The translations under genes were made by a program, and so were the position numbers. Of a stretch of DNA of 64,000 nt, positions 42,012 through 51,300 are shown piece after piece (position 1 is the first letter of the stretch; each line of letters begins with the position of its first letter). This stretch comes from Gammaproteobacteria bacterium. Its GTDB lineage: Bacteria > Pseudomonadota > Gammaproteobacteria > Natronospirales > REEB76. The DNA lies in assembly GCA_036000105.1 (NCBI GenBank), contig DASYGE010000007.1, positions 100,793-164,792 of the forward strand, read 5' to 3'. The notes under the pieces were generated by a model. That model had not been told where the DNA came from. It saw only the letters and a list, made by a program, of their open reading frames with translations, and searched no databases.

Positions 42012-42341
42012 TCAATCTTTGCCGTTTTCCTTGAGTGCTGCTTCGACGATGGCGGGGATCTCTTCCCGGAGCTTCTCCCACACCTTGTTCACCAGGGTGG
42101 CGTGGATCTCGGCCGAGGCATCCCTGAGCAGACGGTCCGTGAGCGCGGCGATGCGTTCCGTGAGCATCTCCGAGAGCAGGTCCTGGGGGATGGTGATGAT
42201 CTGGGGTTGGGGTGCCGCAGCCTGTTCCATCGGCCGGGTCACCGGCGAGGTCACCTCCTCATGCTCTTCCACTACCTCCGTGAGCAGGGGGATGTCGAAG
42301 CTGGGCGCAATGCGTCCCGGGGGTTTGTGGGTCGGGCTCAT
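42012..42341 (-). CDS. Small acidic/Pro-rich hypothetical protein (DUF2486-like position)
   Basis: ATG overlaps the holC TGA; DIPLLTEVV motif, disordered middle, helical C-terminus. Confidence 0.65.
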   Translation of the reverse strand: MSPTHKPPGRIAPSFDIPLLTEVVEEHEEVTSPVTRPMEQAAAPQPQIITIPQDLLSEMLTERIAALTDRLLRDASAEIHATLVNKVWEKLREEIPAIVEAALKENGKD

Positions 42342-42757
42342 AGCTTGTGGGTCTCTAAGGGATAGCCCCGGTCTTTGTAGAAACGGAAGCGCTCCCTGCC
42401 CCGGGCCTTCTGGTTCTCGTCTCCATCCACCACTTCCGCCACCCGCTCGAAGCGGCTGAAGAAGTTCGGCACCTCGGCCCCCAGATTGACCAGCAGGTGG
42501 AAGCCCTCCGCAGGCTCGATACCGTAGCCGATATGCACCGGTGCATCCTCGCCGTCCCCGGCGAGGCAGTGTGGCAGGAAGCTCCCATCCCGGAATGTCC
42601 ACATGAGGTCATCCAGTTCCCGGGCTGCGCCCTCGGAGCCTGCGTGCAGATACACCCGGTGGCCCAGGCTGAAGGCTTTCTCTGTCAGCCGGCAGGCGAA
42701 CAACGCGCGGCTGCGGGGTGCTTTCTCATCCAGAATGTAAAAATCGACCTGGGTCAT
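42338..42757 (-). CDS. holC: DNA polymerase III subunit chi
   Basis: VDFYIL, LDDLMW...SFLPH, LVNL, RERFRFY..RGY. Confidence 0.93.
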   Translation of the reverse strand: MTQVDFYILDEKAPRSRALFACRLTEKAFSLGHRVYLHAGSEGAARELDDLMWTFRDGSFLPHCLAGDGEDAPVHIGYGIEPAEGFHLLVNLGAEVPNFFSRFERVAEVVDGDENQKARGRERFRFYKDRGYPLETHKL

Positions 42758-42765
42758 GGCATTAC

Positions 42766-42891
42766 CGAAAAATGCGTCTTTTGTTCCCTGGCGGCGTTGA
42801 AAACCGGCTCGCAATGCTCATTGACCGAAAAGTCAACTGCGCTTGCTCGCTGATTTTTGCCTTGCCAGTGAACAAAATCCACTATTTTTCG
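42766..42891. repeat. Nested-palindromic MITE-like element, copy between pepA and holC
   Basis: CGAAAAAT/ATTTTTCG ends; TCTTTTG, GCGTT.AAAA, CTCG..GCTCATTGAC-N6-GTCAA, ATTTTTGCCTTGCC, CAAAATC blocks colinear with 16198-16346. Confidence 0.7.
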
Positions 42892-42918
42892 TCACTCCGT
42901 CTTTCCAAAAATCTATTT

Positions 42919-44406
42919 TCAGACCTGATCAAGAAGGTACTGCACCAGGAGCGGCACCGGCCGGCCCGTGGCGCCTTTCTCACCGCCGCCTTTCCAGGCG
43001 GTGCCGGCGATATCCAGATGCGCCCACTGCATGTTCTTGGTGAAGCGGGCCAGGAAGCAGGCCGCGGTGATGGTGCCGCCTTCGCGCCCCGCGATGTTGG
43101 CGAAGTCCGCGAAGTTGCTCTTCAAGCCTTCCTGGTATTCGTCGTAGAGCGGCAGCTGCCAGGCGCGATCGTCGGCTTTCTCGCCTGCCTGCTTCAGGGA
43201 TTGCACCAGACGGTCGTTGTTGCCGAGGAGACCCGACACCACGTTGCCGAGCGCGATCACGCAGGCGCCCGTTAGGGTCGCCATATCGACGATGGTCTCG
43301 GGCTTGAAGCGTTCCGCGTAGGTGAGGGCATCGCACAGGATCAGGCGGCCCTCCGCGTCGGTGTTGAGTATCTCCACCGTCTGGCCCGACATGGTGGTGA
43401 CGATGTCGCCGGGGCGGCTGGCATCGCCACCGGGCATGTTCTCGCAGGTGGGCACCACGCCCACCACGTTCATCTTGAGGCCGAGAGCCATCACCGCCTT
43501 GAGGGTGCCGAACACGCTGGCGGCGCCGCACATATCGAACTTCATCTCGTCCATGGCTGCCGCCGGCTTGATGGAGATGCCGCCGGTGTCGAAGGTGATG
43601 CCTTTGCCGACGAATACCCGGGGCTTCTGGCCTTTGGGGCCGCCGTGATATTCCATCACGATGAGTTTCGGGGGCTGACGGCTGCCGCGCGCGACGGCGA
43701 GCAGGGCACCCATGCCGAGCTTCTTCATCTGTGCCTGTTCCAGCACCGTGACTTTCAGCTTGCTGCCCTTGGCGAGCTTGCGGGCTTCATCCGCGAGATA
43801 GCTCGGGGTGCAGATGTTGGGCGGCAAGTTGCCCAGGGTGCGGGCCAGGGAGACGCCGCCGGCGATGGCCGCGCCAACCCGCAGGCCTTCTTCCGCCTGC
43901 TTGCCCTGTTCGCGGCTGCTGGTCAGCAGCGCGAGCTTCTGCAGCGTCGCCTTGTTCTTGTCTTTGCCGGTGCCCTTGCACTGGTCGAAGCGATAGGAGA
44001 CTTCCTCAGCGGCTTCTACCGCGTGGCGCGCGAGCCAGAAGGGGTCCGCGCCCTTGATGGTGAGCAGGGTGAGGGTACTCACGGCTTCCTTCACGCCCGC
44101 CTCGTTCAGCGCGCGCACCGCTTTCTGCATCGCCTTGCGGTAGCCGCGCAGGCTGAGGTCGCCCTCGGCACCGAGACCCACCAGCAGCACGCGCTCCGCC
44201 TGGAGTTTGGGCACATCGAACAGCAGCAGGGTTTGGCCGGCGCGCCCCTCGATGGCGCCGCTCTTGGCCAGCTTGCTGAGATAGCCGTGGCTCGCCTGGT
44301 CCAGCGCATGGGACGCAGCGGGCAGCTTGCCGCCTTCGAACAGCCCCACGATCAGGCAGGGCGTAGCCAGGGATTCGGCGGCGGCGGTCTTCACGGAAAA
44401 TTGCAT
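42919..44406 (-). CDS. pepA: Leucyl aminopeptidase
   Basis: GKGITFDTGG, MKFDMCG, NTDAEGRL, HLDIAG. Confidence 0.96.
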   Translation of the reverse strand: MQFSVKTAAAESLATPCLIVGLFEGGKLPAASHALDQASHGYLSKLAKSGAIEGRAGQTLLLFDVPKLQAERVLLVGLGAEGDLSLRGYRKAMQKAVRALNEAGVKEAVSTLTLLTIKGADPFWLARHAVEAAEEVSYRFDQCKGTGKDKNKATLQKLALLTSSREQGKQAEEGLRVGAAIAGGVSLARTLGNLPPNICTPSYLADEARKLAKGSKLKVTVLEQAQMKKLGMGALLAVARGSRQPPKLIVMEYHGGPKGQKPRVFVGKGITFDTGGISIKPAAAMDEMKFDMCGAASVFGTLKAVMALGLKMNVVGVVPTCENMPGGDASRPGDIVTTMSGQTVEILNTDAEGRLILCDALTYAERFKPETIVDMATLTGACVIALGNVVSGLLGNNDRLVQSLKQAGEKADDRAWQLPLYDEYQEGLKSNFADFANIAGREGGTITAACFLARFTKNMQWAHLDIAGTAWKGGGEKGATGRPVPLLVQYLLDQV

Positions 44407-44546
44407 GCAGGTCTCCCGGTGGAGTATGTCGGTAACCCGCCCGGCCATGGCGTATCATGCCTGCGGGATGCGCCCCTCCTTAAGCGGAGGTGGCCGCCCG
44501 GCATTCTAACCCATCGCTATACCGGTACCGAAGCGGGGTCCCTTGC

Positions 44547-45650
44547 TTGATACGCATCGTGGATCGCTATATCGCCAAGGAAGCGGCCCTCACCGTGGGC
44601 GCCGTCACCGGCGTGCTCATGCTCATCCTGCTCAGCAACCGCTTCGCGGTGCTGCTGGGTGATGCCGCCGCCGGCCGCCTGCCGCGCGACACCGTGTTCA
44701 CCCTGCTCGGCCTCGCGTCCATCAACTACTTCATCGTGGTGCTGCCGGTGGCCTTGTTCCTGGCTGTGATGCTGGCCTTGGGCAGGCTCTATCGGGACAG
44801 TGAGATGACCACCCTCATGGCCTGCGGTGTCGGCCCGGCTCAGATATATCGCCCGCTCATGGCCATCGCCCTGGTGCTGGCAGCCGGTCTCGCGGTGCTC
44901 TCGCTGCAGGTGGCGCCCTGGGCCCAGCGCATGAGCCACATCATTAACAACGCCGCCCAGCACAACGCCCAGGTGGGCAGTTTCGAATCCGGCAGCTTCA
45001 AAGTGGATGAGGACGGCAAGGGCGCGCTGTATGCCCAGAAAGTAAGTCAGGACGGTCGCACCTTGCAGGACGTGTTCATGCAGGGCCCCAGCGACACCCG
45101 CATGGCGGTGGTCACCGCCGCCACCGGCGAGCGCCAGGGCACCGAGCAGGATCCGGGCGGCGGCATGCTCATCCTGCATGACGGCTGGCGTTACGAAGGT
45201 GTCCCCGGCAAGGCGGATTACCGCATCGTGCGCTTTGCCGTGCATGGCATCGTCATCCAGCCCGCCAAGGCCACCTCCAGCGCGGATTACTTCGACGAAT
45301 ACCCCACCCGCGATCTCATGGCTGTGGGTGACCTGCGTGCCGTCTCGGAATTCCAGTGGCGCCTGTCGGTGCCTTTATCGGCGCTCGTGCTGGTGCTGCT
45401 GGCGGTGCCTCTCGCGCGCACCTCGCCGCGCCAGGGGCGTTACGGCAAGCTGCTCGCCGCCATCCTGGTCTATGTCATCTATTACAACCTGGGCGTGTTG
45501 GCTCGTGCCTGGTTGGAGAAAGGTGTTGCGCCCACGCAGGTCGGCATCTGGTGGGTGGATGTGGTGTTCGTGGTGGCTGTGGTGGTGTTGCTGGTGCAGC
45601 AGTATGGCTTCGAAGGCCTGTTCGGCGCGCGGATGGTGCGGCGCACATGA
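44547..45650 (+). CDS. lptF: LPS export ABC permease LptF
   Basis: DRYIAKE, GRLYRDSEM, EFQWRLS, PRQGRY; TTG start inferred. Confidence 0.92.
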   Translation: MIRIVDRYIAKEAALTVGAVTGVLMLILLSNRFAVLLGDAAAGRLPRDTVFTLLGLASINYFIVVLPVALFLAVMLALGRLYRDSEMTTLMACGVGPAQIYRPLMAIALVLAAGLAVLSLQVAPWAQRMSHIINNAAQHNAQVGSFESGSFKVDEDGKGALYAQKVSQDGRTLQDVFMQGPSDTRMAVVTAATGERQGTEQDPGGGMLILHDGWRYEGVPGKADYRIVRFAVHGIVIQPAKATSSADYFDEYPTRDLMAVGDLRAVSEFQWRLSVPLSALVLVLLAVPLARTSPRQGRYGKLLAAILVYVIYYNLGVLARAWLEKGVAPTQVGIWWVDVVFVVAVVVLLVQQYGFEGLFGARMVRRT

Positions 45651-46720
45651 AGCGCATGGACCTCTATCTCGCGCGTACCGTGGTGGTCAACGTCCTCCTG
45701 GTGTTGCTGGTACTCACCATGCTGGCCGCCATCATCAACTTCGTGAGCGAGATACACACCACTTATAACCATGAGCATTACACCCTCTGGGATGCGGCGC
45801 TCTATACCCTGATGAAGATACCGGGGGGCATCTACGAGATGTTCACCGTGGCGGTGCTCCTGGGCGCGCTCTTAGGGTTAGGCGAACTCGCAAGCCACAA
45901 TGAGCTCACGGTGCTGCGGGCGGCGGGCGTGTCTGCCGCGCGGCTCGGTGGTGCGGCGCTCTGCGGCGGCCTCTTGTTAGCCGTCGCCTGCGTGCTCATC
46001 GGCGAGTTCGTGGTGCCGGTCTCCGAGCAGCGCGCCGAAGACCGACGCGCGGAGCTGGTGGAAGCGCGGGCCAACCCCCTGGGTGCGGGGGGTGTATGGG
46101 CCAAGGACGGGAGCACCTATATCAACGTGCATTCCATGACGGCACGGGATACGGTGCATGGCGTCTATATATATGATGTGAACCCCCAGCGTGAACTGAC
46201 CATGGCCACCTTCGCCGGCATGGGCAAGTTCGACATGAAGGGCTCGCATCTCAACAACGTGCACGGCACGTCCTTGCAGCCGGATGCCCAGGGGGCGTCG
46301 GTGTTCAACCAGCGACAGATACCCTGGAACACGCTCCTGAGCCCCGAGCTGATCAGCCTGTTCGCAGTGGACACCGATAGTCTCTCTGCCCGTGGGCTCT
46401 ACCGCTACATCGATTACACCCACGCCAACCACCTGGATGATCACCGCTATGTGGCGGCATTCTGGGCACGCTTCGCCAAGCCCGTGGCCTTGCTCGCCAT
46501 GCTGCTACTGGCCATGCCTTTCGTGTTCGGACCCCTGCGTTCCTCCAGCGCCGGTCAGCGCCTGCTCATCGGCATGCTGATAGGTATAGGTTTCTACGTG
46601 TTCAACAGCATCTTCATGCAGGCGGGGATAGTCTTTGGCCTCAATCCGCTCATCAGCGCCTGGCTGCCGACACTATTGTTGGTCGCTACGGGCATCATCG
46701 CGGTACGCAGGATCAAGTAA
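45647..46720 (+). CDS. lptG: LPS export ABC permease LptG
   Basis: LGELASHNELTVLRAAG, GVWAKDG, FVFGPLRS. Confidence 0.92.
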   Translation: MKRMDLYLARTVVVNVLLVLLVLTMLAAIINFVSEIHTTYNHEHYTLWDAALYTLMKIPGGIYEMFTVAVLLGALLGLGELASHNELTVLRAAGVSAARLGGAALCGGLLLAVACVLIGEFVVPVSEQRAEDRRAELVEARANPLGAGGVWAKDGSTYINVHSMTARDTVHGVYIYDVNPQRELTMATFAGMGKFDMKGSHLNNVHGTSLQPDAQGASVFNQRQIPWNTLLSPELISLFAVDTDSLSARGLYRYIDYTHANHLDDHRYVAAFWARFAKPVALLAMLLLAMPFVFGPLRSSSAGQRLLIGMLIGIGFYVFNSIFMQAGIVFGLNPLISAWLPTLLLVATGIIAVRRIK

Positions 46721-46857
46721 GCCATCTCAAAAGCTGCTGCGCTTGGCATGACTTTGTTGCGGTCCGGCTCGCACTCCTCACGTACGTAAGAGTACGCTCC
46801 GGGTGCTCGCCTCCCGCGCCTCGTCCTGCCTTCGCTCGCGACGCTTTTGAGGTAGTT
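46721..46857. repeat. Nested-palindromic MITE-like element next to the low-GC gene
   Basis: CTCAAAAGC/GCTTTTGAG ends; core CTCG-CACTCCTCACGTAC-N6-GTACGCTCCGG...CTCG...GCCTCG matches the core of 16198-16346; starts right after the lptG TAA. Confidence 0.65.
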
Positions 46858-46920
46858 CTTCATTTTTTAAGACTGCTTTAATCGGATTGAACATGAGCTA
46901 TTCCAGGAAGGAGCAACTCA

Positions 46921-48126
46921 ATGATGCACGACATTTTTACATTGGATGAATTGAAAACACCTAACTTAGAACATTTGATTCCTGCTGCTCTTGGTGGACG
47001 CAAATCAAGTAAAAAATTGATAAATAAAATTACTAATAATCAATTAGGTTCAGCCATTGATGCTCAAATCACTGACGCTTTTATAATGGTAATTAATGGA
47101 CTAGGTATTGAGAGCCGAAGAGGCAAGAAAGCGGGTTATGCCATCAAACCAAAAGATGGCAGCAAATATAACTTGGGCTCTGGTTTCAAACCTGAATTGC
47201 GCAAACCTGGGTTCCGTGACGAAATTCAAAATGAGAAGAGAACTCTTTCAATTGAAGCCAGAACGCCTGATGAGGCAAAAAGATTATTGGAAGCGGCAAG
47301 AGTCAAATACAAAGGAATGCTCGATGAAAAAACCCTTAGTATTCAAGAGAAACAAGAGTTTATAAAAGATGCGTTTCCCATTTCTTTATCTCTTGGTGGC
47401 GCTCTACAACTCCGCGCTGTTGGGAAAATTCTTTTTGAAATGTCGGCTCTAGCGCTCGGTAATGAGATTGCTTGTTCATCTGCTTTTGATCAGATTCGAA
47501 ATTGGATTCTAGAAGGGGTTACTTATAGGGATGAGTTTGTATCTGGTGCTCGCAAAGATTTAAACCCGATGGCAAACCATGATTATAGAGTATCAGTATG
47601 GGAGGGGTTACCTGTTTTAGAGAAAGCTCCATTTCAACACCGTGTTTTTGTGTTCGGTGGAAAATCACTTGGTGGCGCTTGGGGCTGCATTGAGTTTTTT
47701 GGACATATACGATTTTCGTCACTATTAAGTACCGATAGTTCGTTAATCGATTATTCTTATTGCTATCTTGTTGATTCTCTATCAGATAATAAATTAGAAC
47801 GCTCCGATTTAATTACCGCAGTAACTACTCGGCACGTTATGCAGCATGCAGTGTCTTTAAGTGATGGAAGGAAAGCGTTAGGTAATTTAATGAATGAAAT
47901 GTATAAGAAGCATATGAGTGATCTTCATAGCCAAATGATAGATTCAGCTATGCGAGATTGCATGCCCAAGTCAGGTGAGATAATTACGCAGGAGCACGTT
48001 GATAAATTTTCACGTCACTTAGCGGGGGACTTTGTAAAGCATCGTTTTCAGATTAACACTGAAAAAACCCTAACTACTGCTGATCTCGAAGCAATGATCA
48101 AGAAGCAAGATAAAGATAAATCTTAA
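46921..48126 (+). CDS. Low-GC HNH-endonuclease-like protein lacking the zinc-binding cysteines
   Basis: N-terminal EHLIPAALGG...NN.LG..ID pattern; GC 21/60 in line 47041; AGGAG RBS. Confidence 0.65.
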   Translation: MMHDIFTLDELKTPNLEHLIPAALGGRKSSKKLINKITNNQLGSAIDAQITDAFIMVINGLGIESRRGKKAGYAIKPKDGSKYNLGSGFKPELRKPGFRDEIQNEKRTLSIEARTPDEAKRLLEAARVKYKGMLDEKTLSIQEKQEFIKDAFPISLSLGGALQLRAVGKILFEMSALALGNEIACSSAFDQIRNWILEGVTYRDEFVSGARKDLNPMANHDYRVSVWEGLPVLEKAPFQHRVFVFGGKSLGGAWGCIEFFGHIRFSSLLSTDSSLIDYSYCYLVDSLSDNKLERSDLITAVTTRHVMQHAVSLSDGRKALGNLMNEMYKKHMSDLHSQMIDSAMRDCMPKSGEIITQEHVDKFSRHLAGDFVKHRFQINTEKTLTTADLEAMIKKQDKDKS

Positions 48127-48137
48127 GTTTTTGAAAA

Positions 48138-48602
48138 CTAAGAAAGGGGTTTCGCAAGTTGGAGTTCTGTGCCCGACAGCCGATCATGCCAGGTCTTGTG
48201 CTCTGCATCGAATAGCGACCACCAGAATCCCGCCCCCAAGGCTGCCCAGGAGAGGATCGCCGCGAGATAGCGGATGAGCGCCTGCTTCCAGGTCACGCTC
48301 CGGCTGTTTCCCGATTGCACGAGCTTCACCCGCCAGGCGAGCATGCCTAAGGTCTGACCGTCCCGCATCCAGAAGCCGGCGAAGAAAGCGTAACCGATGG
48401 CGAGGAGATACAGGCGGTAGAGGAGTTCGGCGAAAGGGTGATCCGGCGAGACTGCCGCGTGACTCAAGGGCATCACGAGCGCAGTGCTGATGAACCACAG
48501 AGCCAGCACGATGAGACCGTCGTAGAGCGCGGCCGCCAGCCGGCGCCACAAGTTCACGCCCGGAAGGGGATCGGAACGCTCAGGATGGTGCACGCTCTGC
48601 AT
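48138..48602 (-). CDS. RDD family membrane protein
   Basis: WRRLAAALYD, GQTLGMLAWRVKL, WHDRLSGT; alternative TTG start at 48620. Confidence 0.88.
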   Translation of the reverse strand: MQSVHHPERSDPLPGVNLWRRLAAALYDGLIVLALWFISTALVMPLSHAAVSPDHPFAELLYRLYLLAIGYAFFAGFWMRDGQTLGMLAWRVKLVQSGNSRSVTWKQALIRYLAAILSWAALGAGFWWSLFDAEHKTWHDRLSGTELQLAKPLS

Positions 48603-48622
48603 CTCGGCGGCAGGCTTCAAAA

Positions 48623-48698
48623 TGGCGCTCCCTGCGGGATTCGAACCCGCGTTTAAGCCTTGAGAGGGCTCCGTCCTAGGCCTCTAGACGAAGGGAGC
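48623..48698 (-). tRNA. tRNA-Glu (anticodon CUC)
   Basis: 76 nt GCTCCCT...GGGAGCG-CCA; anticodon arm GAGCC-CTCTCAA-GGCTT; T loop GGTTCGAATCC. Confidence 0.95.
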
Positions 48699-48715
48699 GA
48701 GGGCAAGGGGGTGGT

Positions 48716-48743
48716 ATTATACGGACGCGCCGGATTTGCTCAA
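48716..48743 (-). promoter_or_regulatory. Stable-RNA-type sigma70 promoter of tRNA-Glu
   Basis: TTGAGC-N16-TATAAT followed by a GC-rich discriminator. Confidence 0.6.
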
Positions 48744-48780
48744 GTTTGGCGCCAGGAAGCCCTCCGGGAAGCGATAAAAC

Positions 48781-50115
48781 GTGAGCACACAGGAACCGGC
48801 CCTTATTCAACCCGTCACCATCCCCCGCGCCGAACATAATATTTCGCGGGCTAACATCTCCGAAAACGCCCTCAAGGTGCTCTACCGGCTGAAGAACGCC
48901 GGCTACGAGGCATACCTCGTGGGCGGCGGGGTGCGCGACCTGCTCCTGGGCCGTGAACCCAAGGATTTCGACGTGGCCACCAGCGCCCGCCCTGAGCAGG
49001 TGGAAGAGCAGTTCCGCAACTGCCGGCTCATAGGCCGGCGTTTCCGCCTCGCCCATGTGCGTTTCGGCGACGAGATCATCGAGGTGGCCACTTTCCGCGC
49101 CAGTGGCGCCCCGGACAACTCCGAGGAAGCGCTGCTCGCTCACGGCGAGACCGGCCGCATCCTGCGCGACAACATCTACGGCAGCGTGGCGGAAGACGCG
49201 GAGCGCCGCGACTTCAGCGTCAACGCACTGTATTACGACATCCGCGACTTCTCGGTGCAGGACTTCGTGGGCGGCCTGCCGGACCTCAAGGACGGCGTGT
49301 TGCGGCTCATCGGCGATCCCAAACTCCGCTACCGCGAGGACCCGGTGCGCATGCTGCGCGCGGTGCGCTTCGCCGTGAAGCTCGGCTTCAAGCTGCACCC
49401 GGCCACCGAGGCGCCCATCGTCCGGCTCGGACCGCTCTTGGCGGATATACCGCCGGCGCGCATGTTCGAGGAGATACTCAAGCTATTCATGTATGGCTTC
49501 GGCGAGCAGGCTTTCGAAGCCTTGCGTCATCATGGTCTCTTCGCCCAGCTCTTCCCGCGCACCGAAGCGGCGTTGGCCGTCGAGGAACAGGGCTTCCCCC
49601 AGACTTTCATCGCCAAGGCGCTCGCCAACACCGACAGCCGTGTGCAGCAGGACCTGCCGGTGACCCCGGCATTCCTCTTCGCCGCATTGCTCTGGGAGCC
49701 GGTGCGCAGGATGGCTCGTGAACTGGAAGCTCAGGGCGTGCACCCCAGCGATGCTCTGCGTCGCGCCTCCGACGAGATCGTGAGCGAGCAAGTGCAGCGT
49801 GTCGCCTTGCCGCGCCGCTTCTCCACGCCCATGACCGAGATCTTCCAGATGCAGCCGCGCTTCGGCCAACGCAACGGCAAGCGCCCGCAGCGCCTGCTTA
49901 CCCATCCGCGTTTCCGTGCGGCTTACGATTTCCTGGTGCTGCGCGCCCAGGCGGGTGAAGCTGAGCAGGAGCTGGCGGACTGGTGGACGGAGTTGCAGGC
50001 CGGCAATCCCGACGCGCCCCAACCGAGTTCGAGCGCACCGAGACGCCGCCGCCGGCGTCGGCGCGGCGGGGGCGGGGGCGGGGGCGGTTCCGGAGCGGGG
50101 CAGGAGCCCGCCTGA
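48781..50115 (+). CDS. pcnB: Poly(A) polymerase I
   Basis: LVGGGVRDLL...PKDFDVAT, LIGRRFRLAHV, RRDFSVNAL, HPRFRAAYDF, basic tail. Confidence 0.95.
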   Translation: MSTQEPALIQPVTIPRAEHNISRANISENALKVLYRLKNAGYEAYLVGGGVRDLLLGREPKDFDVATSARPEQVEEQFRNCRLIGRRFRLAHVRFGDEIIEVATFRASGAPDNSEEALLAHGETGRILRDNIYGSVAEDAERRDFSVNALYYDIRDFSVQDFVGGLPDLKDGVLRLIGDPKLRYREDPVRMLRAVRFAVKLGFKLHPATEAPIVRLGPLLADIPPARMFEEILKLFMYGFGEQAFEALRHHGLFAQLFPRTEAALAVEEQGFPQTFIAKALANTDSRVQQDLPVTPAFLFAALLWEPVRRMARELEAQGVHPSDALRRASDEIVSEQVQRVALPRRFSTPMTEIFQMQPRFGQRNGKRPQRLLTHPRFRAAYDFLVLRAQAGEAEQELADWWTELQAGNPDAPQPSSSAPRRRRRRRRGGGGGGGGSGAGQEPA

Positions 50116-50116
50116 A

Positions 50117-50623
50117 GTGCCGCAGCCGGTCACGACCTATGTGGGTCTCGGCTCCAACCTGGACGGACCTGCCGCACAGGTCACCCGCGCTTTCGACGAA
50201 CTCGCCGCGTTGCCGGATACGCGTCTCATGGCACGCTCACCTCTATATATGAGTCCGCCCATGGGTCCGCAGGACCAGCCGGATTTCGTCAACGCGGTGG
50301 CCGCTCTCGAGACCGGTCTCGCACCTCAAGTCTTGTTGCAGATGCTCCTCGCCATCGAAGTGCGCCATGGCCGCCACCGTGATGGCAGCCATTGGGGGCC
50401 GCGCAGCCTGGATCTCGACATCCTTTTATATGGTGACCTGTTACTGGACACCCCGGCCCTGAAGCTGCCCCATCCCGGCCTGCACGAGCGCGCCTTCGTC
50501 CTGTATCCTCTCGCGGATATAGCGCCCGAGCTCAGCGTGCCCGGTCTCGGTCCGGTGCATGCCTTGCTCGCAGCTTGCGTTGATGCGCGCATCCGGCGCC
50601 TGGAGGTTGAAGCCCGTGAGTGA
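50117..50623 (+). CDS. folK: 2-amino-4-hydroxy-6-hydroxymethyldihydropteridine diphosphokinase
   Basis: YVGLGSNL, QPDFVNAV, WGPRSLDLDILL, HERAFVL. Confidence 0.94.
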   Translation: MPQPVTTYVGLGSNLDGPAAQVTRAFDELAALPDTRLMARSPLYMSPPMGPQDQPDFVNAVAALETGLAPQVLLQMLLAIEVRHGRHRDGSHWGPRSLDLDILLYGDLLLDTPALKLPHPGLHERAFVLYPLADIAPELSVPGLGPVHALLAACVDARIRRLEVEARE

Positions 50624-51269
50624 ATCAGCGTCACGCTACCTCGTGGTCGAGGGGCCCATAGGCGTGGGCAAGACCAGTCTCGCCGTGCGGCTCGCCAAGA
50701 CCTTCGGCGCTGAGCTCATGCTGGAGCGCGCCGAGGACAATCCGTTCCTGGAGCGTTTCTACCGGGACCCGAAGAATGCGGCCTTGCCCACCCAGCTGTC
50801 CTTCCTCTTCCAGCGCGCGCGCCAGTTGCAGCAGCTGCGCCAGGGCGACATCTTCCAGCCCATGCGGGTGGCGGATTTCCTCCTGGAGAAAGACCCGCTG
50901 TTCGCGCGCCTCAACCTGGACGACGAGGAGCTCAAGCTCTACGAGCAGGTCTATCAGCACCTGACCCTGGATGCGCCGCGACCGGATCTGGTGATCTACC
51001 TGCAGGCACCGGTGGACGTGCTCGCGCGGCGCATCGTGAGCCGCGGCATCGGTTATGAGCGGCTCATCCAGCAGGATTATCTGGAGAAGGTCACCGACGC
51101 CTACTCGCGGTTCTTCCACAATTATGGTTCCTCGCCCTTGCTCATCGTCAACGCCACGGACATCAACCCGGTAGAGAACGAAGAGGATTACGCGCTCCTG
51201 GTGCGGGAGGTCCAGCGCGTAAAGAGCGGCCGGCATTACTTCAATCCGACCCCGGCGTCTCTGCGTTAG
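50616..51269 (+). CDS. Deoxynucleoside kinase family protein
   Basis: VEGPIGVGKTSL, FLERFY, PDLVIYLQA. Confidence 0.9.
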   Translation: MSESASRYLVVEGPIGVGKTSLAVRLAKTFGAELMLERAEDNPFLERFYRDPKNAALPTQLSFLFQRARQLQQLRQGDIFQPMRVADFLLEKDPLFARLNLDDEELKLYEQVYQHLTLDAPRPDLVIYLQAPVDVLARRIVSRGIGYERLIQQDYLEKVTDAYSRFFHNYGSSPLLIVNATDINPVENEEDYALLVREVQRVKSGRHYFNPTPASLR

Positions 51270-51300
51270 ACTATAGCCCCGGGTCCTGCAGGCGGTCTTG

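Noticed and set aside
46594-46863. 89-aa minus-strand ORF
   Set aside because: It is the translation of the palindromic repeat plus the antisense end of lptG
46860-48698. Possible tRNA-targeted genomic island around the HNH-like gene
   Set aside because: No duplicated tRNA 3' end and no integrase; the host RDD gene separates the tRNA from the low-GC gene
50041-50100. (GGGGGC)3 run and Arg/Gly tail at the end of pcnB
   Set aside because: Encodes the usual basic low-complexity PcnB C-terminus; no evidence for a functional G-quadruplex or phase variation
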